NCBI GenBank assembly: GCA_002633005.1
Contig: NMRA01000093.1
Span: 762,505-826,504, forward strand
Direction: 5' to 3'
DNA: 64,000 nucleotides
Source: Phoronis australis
Taxonomy: Eukaryota; Animalia; Phoronida
Part shown: one piece after another, positions 38,501 to 49,400 of the stretch
Layout: every line of letters starts with the position of its first letter
How positions within the stretch are numbered: position 1 is the first letter of the stretch
Program-made: the position numbers and the translations under genes
Notes under the pieces: model-generated
Told to the model about the DNA's origin: nothing
Database searches by the model: none
Seen by the model: only the letters and a program-made list of their open reading frames with translations

Positions 38501-41500
38501 ATATACCCACAAGGCTGTTCAACCATGCTGGAATTAGCCTGCAAGATTTTCACACCTGCTGCGGTCGGAATAATTAACAGTAAAATTAACAAGAGCAATG
38601 CAGAGTGTTGAAAAGCACCCACGGATGCATAGCAAATGGTGTGCTTTTAGGGTTATTTATCTGTATCATAAAAATGGCCACTAGATGGCGCAAAAACGCA
38701 CAATCTATCTAAAAATGGAAACATGCCATATTTTATAAAAAATCTGTCAAGGAACTTCAGAGAAAAAATGGAAAACAGAATAAAATGAAATTGCCACTAG
38801 TGGGCACAGTGTACGTTGGATCCGCTTGAAAGTCGTCGTTGTGGTCTGTTGTTATCTTCATATATGAAATACATTGACTACAGAATAAAATGAAATTGCC
38901 ACTAGTGGGCACAGTGTACGTTGGATCCGCTTGAAAGTCGTCGTTGTGGTCTGTTGTTATCTTCATATATGAAATACATTGACTAAATTTAATAAAGATC
39001 CTACAATGGGATTTGAAGATACAGCTATGGGCGCAAAACAAAACAACCACTAGGAGGCGCCACAGTAGTCAGTCGCCATCATCAAATGTCCTCTTCACAT
39101 TGAGAACATATACGCTAATTTTCAAAACCATCCCTAGAATGATTTGGTTGATAGAGGGGTGTATGCCAAAAACAACATTTGAAAACACCAAAAATGGCCA
39201 CTAGGTGGCACAAAATACCTCGATTCCATCCAAAAACAGGAGGATAGCATCATGTTACCCATAGATGCCTGTGAACGGTTTAGGAGACACAGCCAAAGGT
39301 GCAAAAAAACTGCCACTAGGAGGCACCACAGTAGTCGAAGCCGTCGGAAAATCATAGTCAGCCCTCCACTTCATAGTAATAGCACACATACCAATTTTCA
39401 CAATCATCCTTTGAGTGGTTTGGTTGATAGAGGGGTGGACTCAAAAACAGTAAAAATGGCCACTAAGTGGCACAAACTATGTTGAATCCTTCCGAAAACA
39501 GGAGGATAGCGTCATCTCACAAATAGTGCCTATATACCAAATTATATGAAAATCCATTAAGGACTTTTGAAGATACAGAGGTAAACGTAAAAAACTAAAA
39601 TTGCCACTAGGGGGCACACCGGCTGTTGGATCCTTCCAAAAGTTCACTCATGCCGTCCCATCCACAGAAGAAACACACGTGTACAATTTCATGAATATAC
39701 GTCACGGCGTTTTGGAGATAGAGCAGTGGACGCCGGACGAACATGACGGCATAATGCGTCCACATGTAAATATGTGGGCGCATAATAAAATGAATACAAC
39801 ACTCTTCATTCTCTTTCCAGTAAACTGATAACATTAATGTCAATGCCAAGCAATGTGGAAAGCAGAGGACTTATCAGTGCATACTTTTATCAAGATGAAA
39901 ATCCTTCACTTGTCAGACTTGGCTCAGCAGTAGCCATCATACATCAAAAATAAACCAATCATACAATATGTTCAACTTCTGGGAATGAACCAAGTTCAAT
40001 TCCAGAAGGAACAAACAGTAGACTTTTGACAGTGAATACCAAATATGGTCAGCTAATAGATTGTGTGCCAAGTAGGTTCCACGTACGTATATCAACTCTC
40101 TGTTCCAGGGGAAGATTGGAGCTGGACTTGGATGTTAGCTTCGTCAATGTGTTCGCAGCCAAAATCTGGGCATAGGGAGACTACAACAGAACCAAGGATT
40201 ATAATATTCGTTCACTGCCATGCACACCTTCTGGCAAGTTACCCCATCACTAACAAATGCGCTAATCGGCGAGTTGTGTACATCTTTGTTCATAAACCAG
40301 TTAATCCTCAATATCATGGGAGATAACTACAGTTGAACAACAACGGCAAATGACAGGAAGACAGTTTTAACACATGAACGAACGAAAAACATTTTTTTCA
40401 AACTGCGACAAGGGATGTACCAGAGCCAGCGTGGTACGAACCACAACCCTTCATTAAACGTTGAAAGTTTTTTTAACCTAAAATCTTCAAATACCTGCTG
40501 ACATATGCCATCATAATTTGAGATTATCATAAAGTGATGACGTACGTGTGTGAAAGTTACCCAAGTTTCATAACAAGCAGCCAACCAATAAGTTTTTGCG
40601 AATATTTTAAGTCATTTATCCCTACGTTATATACTCATGATCAAAACTCTTTTGGCAAAGAGAAAATACTTGGAAGTGAAAGAGTTAAGGTAATGCTATT
40701 ACCAGGGATTTCCAAAAGAGCCCCCACTGGATACAAGGACCAAAAAAGCTCTCATGTGTTTTTTAGATTGTTTAGTACTTCTACCATGAAAGAAAGGTAT
40801 CGTGGCAAAATTTCATTACTTTCTCAATTTCGGTCCTCCAAAGAATCGTCAAAATACTTCAAGTTTAGCAATGACTTCTCAACGGAGGCGTCACTGGACT
40901 ACATTACACAGTAGCCAAACATGGCTAATATTTCAAGTCAACCAATAAAATCTCCAATGCCTCCACCACTGAGTTGAATTTCTTAATCTGACGTTCAGTC
41001 ACTTACTCATTCCAACTTACATTGCCTCTTTCAAGCAGCATCTGGCATTTTGTCAGGCAGTCGGGTGAACTGGCGAAGTTGACTAAAGCCTTCTCCGCCT
41101 CATTTCTCTGAGTAGCGTCGGCAGTCTCATACAACTGCTTGCATAATGTTTCTAACTGGACAAGCTCCTGCAAAGATAAACATTACTGAATTACTTACAA
41201 GCAGAATGAGACAGGAGTAGTTTGGAGCACATCATCAAAATCTTCCAGGAGCGAGGGTTGTTTACTACACAGTGACCAACATACATATTGAGCATTATTT
41301 CACTCAACAATTTAATATGAACAATACATACAATACAACACGGCACTCTAAGAATTTCAATACCGTTTCCCAAACAATTGTGTTAATACATTCCTTAAAA
41401 GGACCCTGTCAAGAATCGGCGTATTGTTGAAAATGTAGAACTAGCACAAGACATTACTAGTGGATTGGGGCAGATGACAAAATTCCGGTAAAAAGCAGGC

Positions 41501-43056
41501 AGCATGTCGATACAGACATGCATTGAGTAGGAGGACCTAGACAATACAATCACCCAAACTTAGGGTTAAGGGTGATCAAGGTTCCCACTTTTTTCACTCA
41601 CTTAAATAATTATGCAAAACATCAAATATGCCTTAGTGAAATCCAACATCCACGATAACTTAAAATACCATAACTTTGAAGACAATTTGGTCAATATAAC
41701 AAGCACAAATTTCCGAATTCTGCCAAGTAACATGGAATTTCTCTCACAGGATGCCATTTTGCAAAATAACTTTTAAGGAATTAGGGGTTCTCTAGTAGGC
41801 CACTTGAGGCGTTTAGTTCTGTCAAATTTTCAAATGTTGGTTCACTTATATCAGCCTACATCAGAGACTTATTGAAGGTAGTTGAAACAAAAAAGTGGGG
41901 GAGGTATTCGTCCTGAATCTGTTGTCCTGCACTTGTAATTTGCTTTAACAGGCTTCATTTGAGGTGTGCACAGAATAGACGGAAGTTGATGGAAAACTAA
42001 GCATTTTATAGAAAAATTCACAAGTAGCTAGACTTGAACCTGTAATCCTCAACGTGCCAGTCAAGTATCAAAACTGTAGGGCCAAGAGACAATTTGTAAG
42101 TGATTTAAAGAGGTTTCATTTGACTGTGTTTCACTAAGAATCAGGAATTCAAAACACTCTTCTCAATCTCACGTGGTACTGCTTCATGGGAGTGGGGAAT
42201 TGAGAGTTGAGTAAGGCTCCTTCTAATTTTTTAGTCTAGTGCCGTGTAGTGCGTATCTCTCCATGTTGTGTCTCTCACCATTGTTAGGCACCAATTTAAA
42301 AAAAATCCACCAGTAAGTTTTAATTGGACTTTGACAAGGTGAAAACTCTTTACTTTCTTATGACATCAATACAACAGACTACGGGTGGCACAGAGCCTCA
42401 GGAGAAACAATCAGATTGAGATGAATGACATGTTCGATCAGACCAAACTTGTTCTCAAAATCAGAAACAAGAGACCATGTTTCTTTTGGATATCACAAAG
42501 ATGGAATGGATGACTTCAACAAGTCGGACTTGAAGTTGAAGACTGATGACGTGACAGAAATTTAGATCAAACTCACTATCAGTAACAGCTGCATATTGCC
42601 GTCCTTGAGTTAGAGAAGCAGGCAATCACTGAATAAGACTAACAACAGGCCCCGACTTAGAGAACCAAGCACACATGCATTGGACAACGGATTCGTTATC
42701 CAGTGGCTGAAACTGGTTCGATGACCAGCACCATATCACATCCACAGACACGTTAAATATTGTTACGAGACAAGTATGTCACCTTAGTATACAACTGCAG
42801 TGGAAGTCAAACATTATTAATGAATGGCCGAGTAGTCGAGACAGTTGAGAAACTTGAGAAAGACAAGTCAAAGATAAGTCAATCTAAGTTCATTGAGATG
42901 GGTTGCAGCGAAGTGTTGATTTTTAACGCAAAGTTGCTGGTTATGAAATCATATATCTCTAGCAAACCACATGGCAATGGATTAGACACATCGAAAATTC
43001 AAGGAAAGTCAGAAAAATTCCCACACAATCCAGCAACTCACCTTCTCATCCGCCAT
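16599..43056 (-). CDS. XPO7: Exportin-7 (RanBP16/17 family), complete, 25 coding exons, about 1095 aa (1098 with the alternative exon-5 donor)
   Basis: Exons 5'->3': 43056-43042 (MADEK|gtgagt), 41167-41021, 40180-40087, 38099-37933, 37348-37280 (or -37271), 34299-34150 (duplicate 35317-35168), 33648-33522, 32047-31854, 31286-31140, 30758-30586, 30145-29952, 29561-29456, 28927-28792, 27482-27409, 26916-26772, 25022-24866, 24505-24435, 23025-22829, 22261-22124, 21659-21500, 20237-20099, 19256-19099, 17964-17866, 17354-17227, 16701-16599 (TAG). The exons sum to 3288 nt in one open frame. Motifs: [104 protein letters not shown]. Confidence 0.97.
18012..18512. repeat. Interspersed repeat rich in CGAAG(C/T)TTCG mini-palindromes; homologous to 60400-60590
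   Basis: 18312-18500 aligns with 60400-60590 (for example TACCGAAGTTTTGGTGAGTAC and CCCACTTACCAAAACTTCG). Confidence 0.7.
20553..20667. repeat. (TG)n microsatellite spanning an N gap
   Basis: TG/CG dinucleotide run with Ns at 20587-20604. Confidence 0.95.
21660..22123 (-). other. U12-type (minor spliceosome) AT-AC intron in XPO7
   Basis: The minus-strand donor is ATATCCTTT at 22123, the branch site TTCCTTAAC is at 21677-21669, and the terminal AC is at 21661-21660. Splicing here restores the frame YRLK|LKGVSVCF. Confidence 0.95.
27108..27180. repeat. Short interspersed repeat fragment; second copy at about 29171-29245
   Basis: Both copies share TTTTTGTGAGATTACAAA..CATTTAATG..GGGTC.TGA.AGGGGTTATAAA...AATTTCAATTT. 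Confidence 0.65.
32098..33000. mobile_element. Helentron-associated (HINE-like) non-autonomous element with degenerate internal tandem units
   Basis: Starts CAAGAGCAATGCA, as does the element at 38588. Ends with an imperfect hairpin (ATGTCCCAACATA..TATGTGTGGACAC). Internal units carry CCACTAG-like cores and AAATTTCATGAA-like motifs. Confidence 0.55.
34039..36035. repeat. Tandem near-identical duplication (34039-35055 / 35057-36035) around a single N; includes XPO7 exon 6; probable uncollapsed haplotypes
   Basis: The copies abut at the N at 35056. The exon copies differ by one synonymous change (CTG/CTC). Confidence 0.85.
38588..39790. mobile_element. Helentron-associated (HINE-like) element with a central array of 105-150-bp degenerate tandem units
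   Basis: AACAAGAGC terminus, 8 repeat units, a GGAC-type short repeat, then the terminal hairpin ATGCGTCCACAT-6nt-ATGTGGGCGCAT (39754-39783) followed by an A-tract. The architecture is seen directly; the family assignment is inference. Confidence 0.65.
38775..38984. repeat. Perfect 105-bp tandem duplication
   Basis: 38775-38879 is identical to 38880-38984. Confidence 0.95.
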
Positions 43057-43699
43057 GTTTTGTACTTTTCTGGAAATACTGTTATAACGCATGCGCTCAA
43101 CAAATAAGCACCTGGATTTAGTTCTTGTGTTCTCCGTTAGGTGGTACAGTACGCATCCAGCCTCGATACGATGCGATACATTTATTTCTAACACAGAGCG
43201 TACAACTTATAGTAACAATATTTGGAAAAGGAGGTCATAGAAGTGTAAAAAAACACTTATTCTGAGATAATCCCCTAACCATCTACAATACAAAACATGG
43301 GATATAGAAACTGTACTTAATTTTAACAACTAACTACAATTACATTTAGAAAAATCAAAGAAGTGTATATATTTTATATCCATCTAATACTAAATATTAC
43401 AGCTAAGTTACCACGACTAATATACCATTACTTTAAAAAGAGACATAAATACTTTTAAAAACAATATGACTAGAAAGTTAACTGAATAGATAATATGCTT
43501 GCATATGCTTAAAAATAATAAGGGAATAATAATGAATAAATATTAACTATTAATAAGGAAAGGATAGGTTATACACTAATCACGCTTATTACAGAACTTT
43601 GAAAATAACATCTCTACAACTACCGTATACGTGAAGCATAATTTCAGAAGTTATAATAATGTAATATAGGGCTTCTTCACTACGACAATAGAGAAATGC

Positions 43700-44975
43700 C
43701 ATACCAGGCAACAATTGTATTTTTATAGCGTTTTTGAAAATGGTTTGGCTATGAGAACAATCCAGAGTTTAGGTCCTCTGATGGCAAAGGCCAAATACTT
43801 AAGGTCAGTTCTACATCGCAATATACTGAAGTTGTGTAAATTTATTTCAGATCTTCGTTGACCTATAGTACATTCAGTCGACATTAATTGTAAATTTCGA
43901 GGAAGGGTTTTTGTTTGGCTTGATACCTTTTTATTACTGTGAACTAATGTACTAAATCAATCAATTTTAAGGTTCGGAACCTGTGAAATAAAGAAGTTGT
44001 GTGTGCCTAAAAAGTTTTTTTCGCAACTATTCTTAGGGCTCTTTTTTGCAATAGAAATAACGCATTAAGTGTTTTGAGGTGTGCACTCCCCAGCACTCAA
44101 CAGCAGTAAGACAAGTATGTGTTATATAAAGCAAACAACGCATCAAATGTTAGAAAGTCTTTTACTTTCGATAAGATGGCGATATTTTTTGAGAAATATG
44201 ATATGAGCCTTCTAATTTAATTTATCATGTAGTATGGCACCAATTTGATTAACTACATGACGTACTGCATCTTTATTGGAAATTATCATATGATTTATTT
44301 TCTGTGAATTCAGGGACAGTTTGTTAGCTTCGAACCATTCATTAATGATATTTAAATCAAAATTCAGGGTGTCGCACAGGACAAGTTCGTTTTTTGGCTG
44401 AAGAGTATGTTGGTGTCATCGGCAAAAATGACATTTTAGCAAACTTACTTATATTGCTAACATAATTTATGTATAAAGAAAAAGAATTGAACCTAAAACT
44501 GACCCTTGTGGAACAGCACCGTTTCTCACTTCACTCAATTCAGAATCAAATATTATTAAATATCACAATTTTTTTCTATTAGTAAGATACTTTTCAATCC
44601 ATTCGTATGCTAAACCTCTGATCTCCACGTTTCTTGTTTTTTAAGTAATATCACATGATTAATGGCATCAAATGCTTTTTAAGTCGATAAAGACATCCAA
44701 AAATATTCACAATTATGAATGCAGTTGTAATATTTTCAATTAAGTCTAGAAATGCCGTAGAAGCCGAATGATTATACCCAAAGCCATACTTGGCATTACT
44801 CAAAAGTTTGTGTTTAGTGACGAATGAAAGAAGGCGATTATAAAGTAGTTTTTCTACGATTTTCGAGAATTGTGGTAATAAAGACACTGGTCTATAACTT
44901 GAGAAATCATCCCTCCTGCTACTTTTAAATAATGAGATCACCTTAGCCACTTAAAGCAAATCTGAAAAGAACGCA
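43700..44975 (-). mobile_element. Decayed 5'-truncated LINE (CR1/L2-group) reverse transcriptase
   Basis: Minus-strand peptides AKVISLFK..YRPVSLLPQFSKIVEKLLYNRL (44950-44800), GAVPQGSVLG (about 44520-44491), FADDTN (44426-44409) and C-terminal AIRGPKLW (about 43790-43760), with stops and frameshifts. Confidence 0.9.
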
Positions 44976-46050
44976 ACACCGGTCACCTACGCTGCTTTAC
45001 GTTTGTAGTCGGTTTAGTTACCACATTCATTGGACTGGTGGCGCTCATTCTTGAAAAGATTTTTAAAAAGCCTTAGCAAGACTTTCTTCAGAAATGCTAG
45101 CAAGATTTTAGGAAAATCTTGGCACGACTTTTATAAAATTGTGGGAGAATTTTAGAAAACTTTTGCGAGGCGTTAAGCAAATCATGACAGGTTTTCATAA
45201 ATATTGGCATGGTTTTCAAAAATAGTGTCGAATTCCTCGTGGTATCGAAGTGAAAATTCTGTCTTGCTTTTTGCCGCTTTGGCATTTCACAGAAAGTGGG
45301 TTAGTAGACCTTATATGTCTGTTACATTTGTCGGCTTATTGGCTATTTTAAGAACCAAATCTTTTGCCAATCAAGGTTGGATAGCGCTGCACGTATTGTT
45401 TTGGATGACAACGTAACACGTGACGAAAACAATTGTGATGCTTCCGTAGTTACTGCGACGTAAGTTTTTTCACCTACAGTAACATTATTATTATAAATAT
45501 TTTATTATTTTTTAGTGACTCTTGGCATTATTTGGCAATTGTGGAATGCTGTACCTAACAGCTGGAGCAGTTTCGCCAAATTCCAGAGTGAGATTATCAG
45601 GGAGGCAAAAATGATGTTGCACTGCCCTCATGCAGACAGTGTACACGTAAGTCAGTAGTTTGAGCTTCTGACCAACGTATGAGAAATCTCGATTCAAACT
45701 CTGGCGCAACTGTCAGACAAAAGTGGCAAGAGCACAAAAGTGCACCTTACCCTTTTGATCTCGGTCTCAGTTGTGTGTAGATGCAAAGAAGTGCACGAGA
45801 ACATAGGTATAATGAAAGATCAATTTCCGAGGATGTACCTACGAGCTGTGCCTCAAACAATTGATATAAAGTGAAACAGAGCATTAAAGAAGATGTTAGC
45901 CCTCTTAAAAATATACCAATTAACTTACTAGATCATTAAAATCTTATTGTATCAAAATTTAAACTAACTGATGACTCTATAACTCAGACGGCCGAAGAAG
46001 TTCACAGTTCATCGCTAGTGAACTTCTCCATAGTTATTAGCTGCAGACCC

Positions 46051-46204
46051 GGTGTGCGTTCAGTAGACGCTAGGACCTACGTTAGGACCTAGCTAAAACC
46101 TAGTCAAAGTCACGTGTTCTCATTTAAAAAGCACGGCAATATCTCACGTAATCTCGCGAAGTCTTGCTTTTTAGCGAGGTACTAGCGTTACTGAACGGGA
46201 GGCC
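46051..46204 (+). mobile_element. 154-bp MITE; inverted second copy at 59471-59624
   Basis: Sub-terminal inverted repeat CGTTCAGTA...TACTGAACG; full-length reverse-complement match to 59471-59624. Confidence 0.8.
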
Positions 46205-46240
46205 GGCAACATCTACTAAGTCCTGACAACGACACAGCTA

Positions 46241-46420
46241 AGACCTGACAACCACTGCTGAGACCTGGCTACCACTGCTGCGACCTGGTAACCACTGCTG
46301 AGACCTGGCAACCACTACTGTGACCTAGCAACCACTACTTAGAACTGGCAACCACTGCTAAGAACTGGTTACTACTGCTAAGACCAGGCTACCACTAGTA
46401 AGACTTGACAACCTCTGCTA
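46241..46420 (+). repeat. 20-bp minisatellite (AGACCTGGCAACCACTGCTR) x9 just upstream of the ferlin ATG
   Basis: Nine contiguous 20-bp units with no spacers, ending 64 bp before the ATG at 46485. Confidence 0.95.
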
Positions 46421-46484
46421 AGGCTTGGTGGACTGATCTCAATCGAGAAATGCTCAAGAAGTAAAAAAAGACGATAGACTAACA

Positions 46485-49400
46485 ATGTCTCTATCAGTCA
46501 CCGTAGTAAAAGCGGACCTCCCACAAGAGGGTGGTTACAGAAAAGTAGACTCCTTCTGTGAACTTAAGTTTCAAGGTAAGTAATGCATTGCTATGGGAAA
46601 GCAGTATACGTGTATGTTTTACTTTTCAAGACGCACTTCACTTTATTGTTTTTGATAGGACGCAAACAACGAATGGGGTTCTCAATAGGTGGAAATGGGG
46701 TTCTCAATAGGTGCAAAAGCAAAAATCTAAGTACAAAAGTAGAACGATAATTACAATAACTGTCGACTTACTTAATATGAGTTACATTTACCGCATCCGT
46801 ATGTCAAGCCCACAGATAGTCGAAAATCCGAATTTATATGGTGTGGAACTCAACCCAAAATTAAAAAAGTGCAATAATGTCATCTTTGGAATATGGAAGC
46901 TTACGAAACCAAGAAAGTCTCCTAGCCATTTAGATTAAAAGGCTAACGCCATCAGAAAACGACAACTGGAAGATTTTTCAATTGTATTTGTTATGAAAAT
47001 TTGGGGACAGTTCATTATTGCACATCCCTGTCAGTCATAGCTTGGCTCCACCTAAGACAGAGCCCTTCGGATAAACTGAACAATTCTGTACATGAAAACG
47101 TGTCATTACTTGACTACCAGAGCAAATGCTCCCTTGAGAGATGTTTAAAACTCGATATAAATTAAAAGATAATTCCATTTTGATGGCCAATTCAATTTTT
47201 GCAACCTTAAGTCCAATTATATATACAGGCACCAGCAATTCTAGGAAGTTTGGATATATCAATTTTCACTATTTACCGTATCAAGAGAATATCTACTGCT
47301 TAGGCAAATAACATCGTTCTTAGGAATTATACAACTAAACTACGGAACCTGAAAATTGAGACTTCATTATCATGAGAAGTGAAAGCCATATACAAGTTAC
47401 GGTAACCCTTCCCCTTCCATTAGAAACCATTATAAGAATGTTAAAATGTCTTGTACATACGAGAATCTACAAAAATAAGACATTATCCAATGAAAATTAT
47501 ATCAACAATAACCAGTGTCCCTATGTCGGCTATGTACAAAACCTTAAGAATATGTTTTTGTGTCTGTTGTCCAACCATTTCGAATTCATCTTCAATTATT
47601 TTTGGATAATCATACTTGGAAAATGCGACTTTATCATTTACCACAGAACATCTAAGATAACTTATTATTAACAGCATTATCAATGAACCACATTGTTATG
47701 TCATTATGCACTTAGTTTAGTTTCATATATGCGTTACAATTTACTTACGTTACAGACGCGCGCGTTCGCGAGTGTCCTATGCATTCTTACCCCTATCCCC
47801 CTGTCTTAACTGCTTTTAATTCTGTATTGTGTTTGTATTGGTTGCATTGTTTCTTCAAAATAAATAAAAGATTTTAATAAAGAAAAAATCAATGAGTCCT
47901 GAGCTGCGTCCCGTAGACGCTATACGTTAGTTAGCACTTGTGGCAAAAAGTCTTCGCTTTTCGAACGGAAACAGTGCATATAATCCTACGTTTCAACATT
48001 CCAAAGTCACCGACCAATATCACTTCAGTGGCCGCCATATTGTGGTGATCTATTGAATTACAATTTAGGAAGAAAGAAAAAGACTGAAATTAAAAAAGAA
48101 GTTGAGAACTACAATCCACATTGGGGAGAGGTAGGTTTAGTCTGAACTGATTTAGTTATTAACGGTCCTTAGACAGCAATTCAGTCAACGAGATCGTTGC
48201 ATGCACATGATACGATTCGTTCAAGGATGTAATACCCGTAGGCCTACGGTGTGCAGCTATCTGATTTGCACTTATATCTGTTTCGCGCTTACCGATATTC
48301 CATAGTAAAAAAAATCCATTTTGGAATCAAGGTTACTCCCGTTAGCCGTTGCACATTCCCATATTCAAGCACTTATAAGAAAAAGTATTTATAAAACTCA
48401 TTACTTGGAATGTAGGCGCCACTTAGGCCTAAATACATATACGCGCACATAGCAGCATGTTATTTCGGATGGAACGGAATTATACTTGACTCTGTATTAT
48501 AGCTATTTAGTGACACGCACATCAATCTTTCAGGACTTAGTTTTCAATTTGAGCGGTGTGGCACTCTCACCAACAGACGAGTTAAAAGTAAAGCTGTTTG
48601 ACTGGGAACGAATTGGCCGTAACAAGTGAGCTATGCTTTTATTAAAAATTTAGAAAACTTCTTTTATGTGTGCTAGTTTCCGTATTTTGATTTGTTTTGG
48701 TACCATCACACTTTTGTTGAAGACATGTTGCATTAGACAGTAAAGTAAATCACTTTTTGTCATTTAAAGCCCGAGTATGGATACTTTGAAATGGTTTGAT
48801 TAACGCTGACACAAATTTCTCAACATTTTCCTTGTCATGGCAGTAATAGGTCTTCCATCAGATCTCATATGCGATTACTAATACTTTGAGAGTCTTTTTT
48901 CTTAACACTACCCGTTCGGACTGTTTGGGAATAGAAATCTTTTATGATTATAGTGCGGGGAAAGACTTGGTACACATGTCTTGAGAACTCGTTCACACTA
49001 GTGGCTGAAACGAATACATTTTTATCACTCTTACGAGTGTAATGCAATCGTCGCTGCGCAATGCACGCTTGGATACTGGAGTCAGTGATAAAACACGCTC
49101 AGATAACAGATTTATAGCTTGCGTACTTGTAAATAGCGTTGTTGATGCTGCTTATTAGGTATTGTCTTCAGTCCTTTCGACTTTCATCCAATACGACCTC
49201 GAGTGCCTGGGTTCCGTCAGACGGACCCGTCCATATCAGGTCTCGCGACTGTCGTGTTGCCAAGCGTTACGACCTCCAGTGCGTGGGCTCCCTCAGGTGG
49301 ACTTTTCCATCAGGTCTTGCCGCCGTCATGTTGCCAGCTGTTACTTCTTTACCGCCGCATATAAGCTGAAATTGATTCTTCCACTGCAGGACAAACAGAT

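Noticed and set aside
38757-39050. ORF with a 35-aa internal repeat
   Set aside because: By-product of the 105-bp tandem duplication within a non-coding element.
38670-39620. Repeat-spacer-like pattern (conserved core with variable intervening sequence) as a CRISPR analogue
   Set aside because: The intervening sequences are homologous to each other (shared AATTT..A.ATCC..TT..GAGATA motifs), so this is a degenerate tandem array rather than acquired spacers.
46241-46420. CRISPR-like regular repeats
   Set aside because: The units are contiguous with no unique spacers, there are no cas genes, and the context is eukaryotic; it is a minisatellite.
48020-48040. Alternative XPO7 first exon (ATG GCG GCC ACT GAA|gtgata, minus strand)
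   Set aside because: Weak donor inside a ferlin intron; MADEK|gtgagt at 43056-43042 is a much better match.
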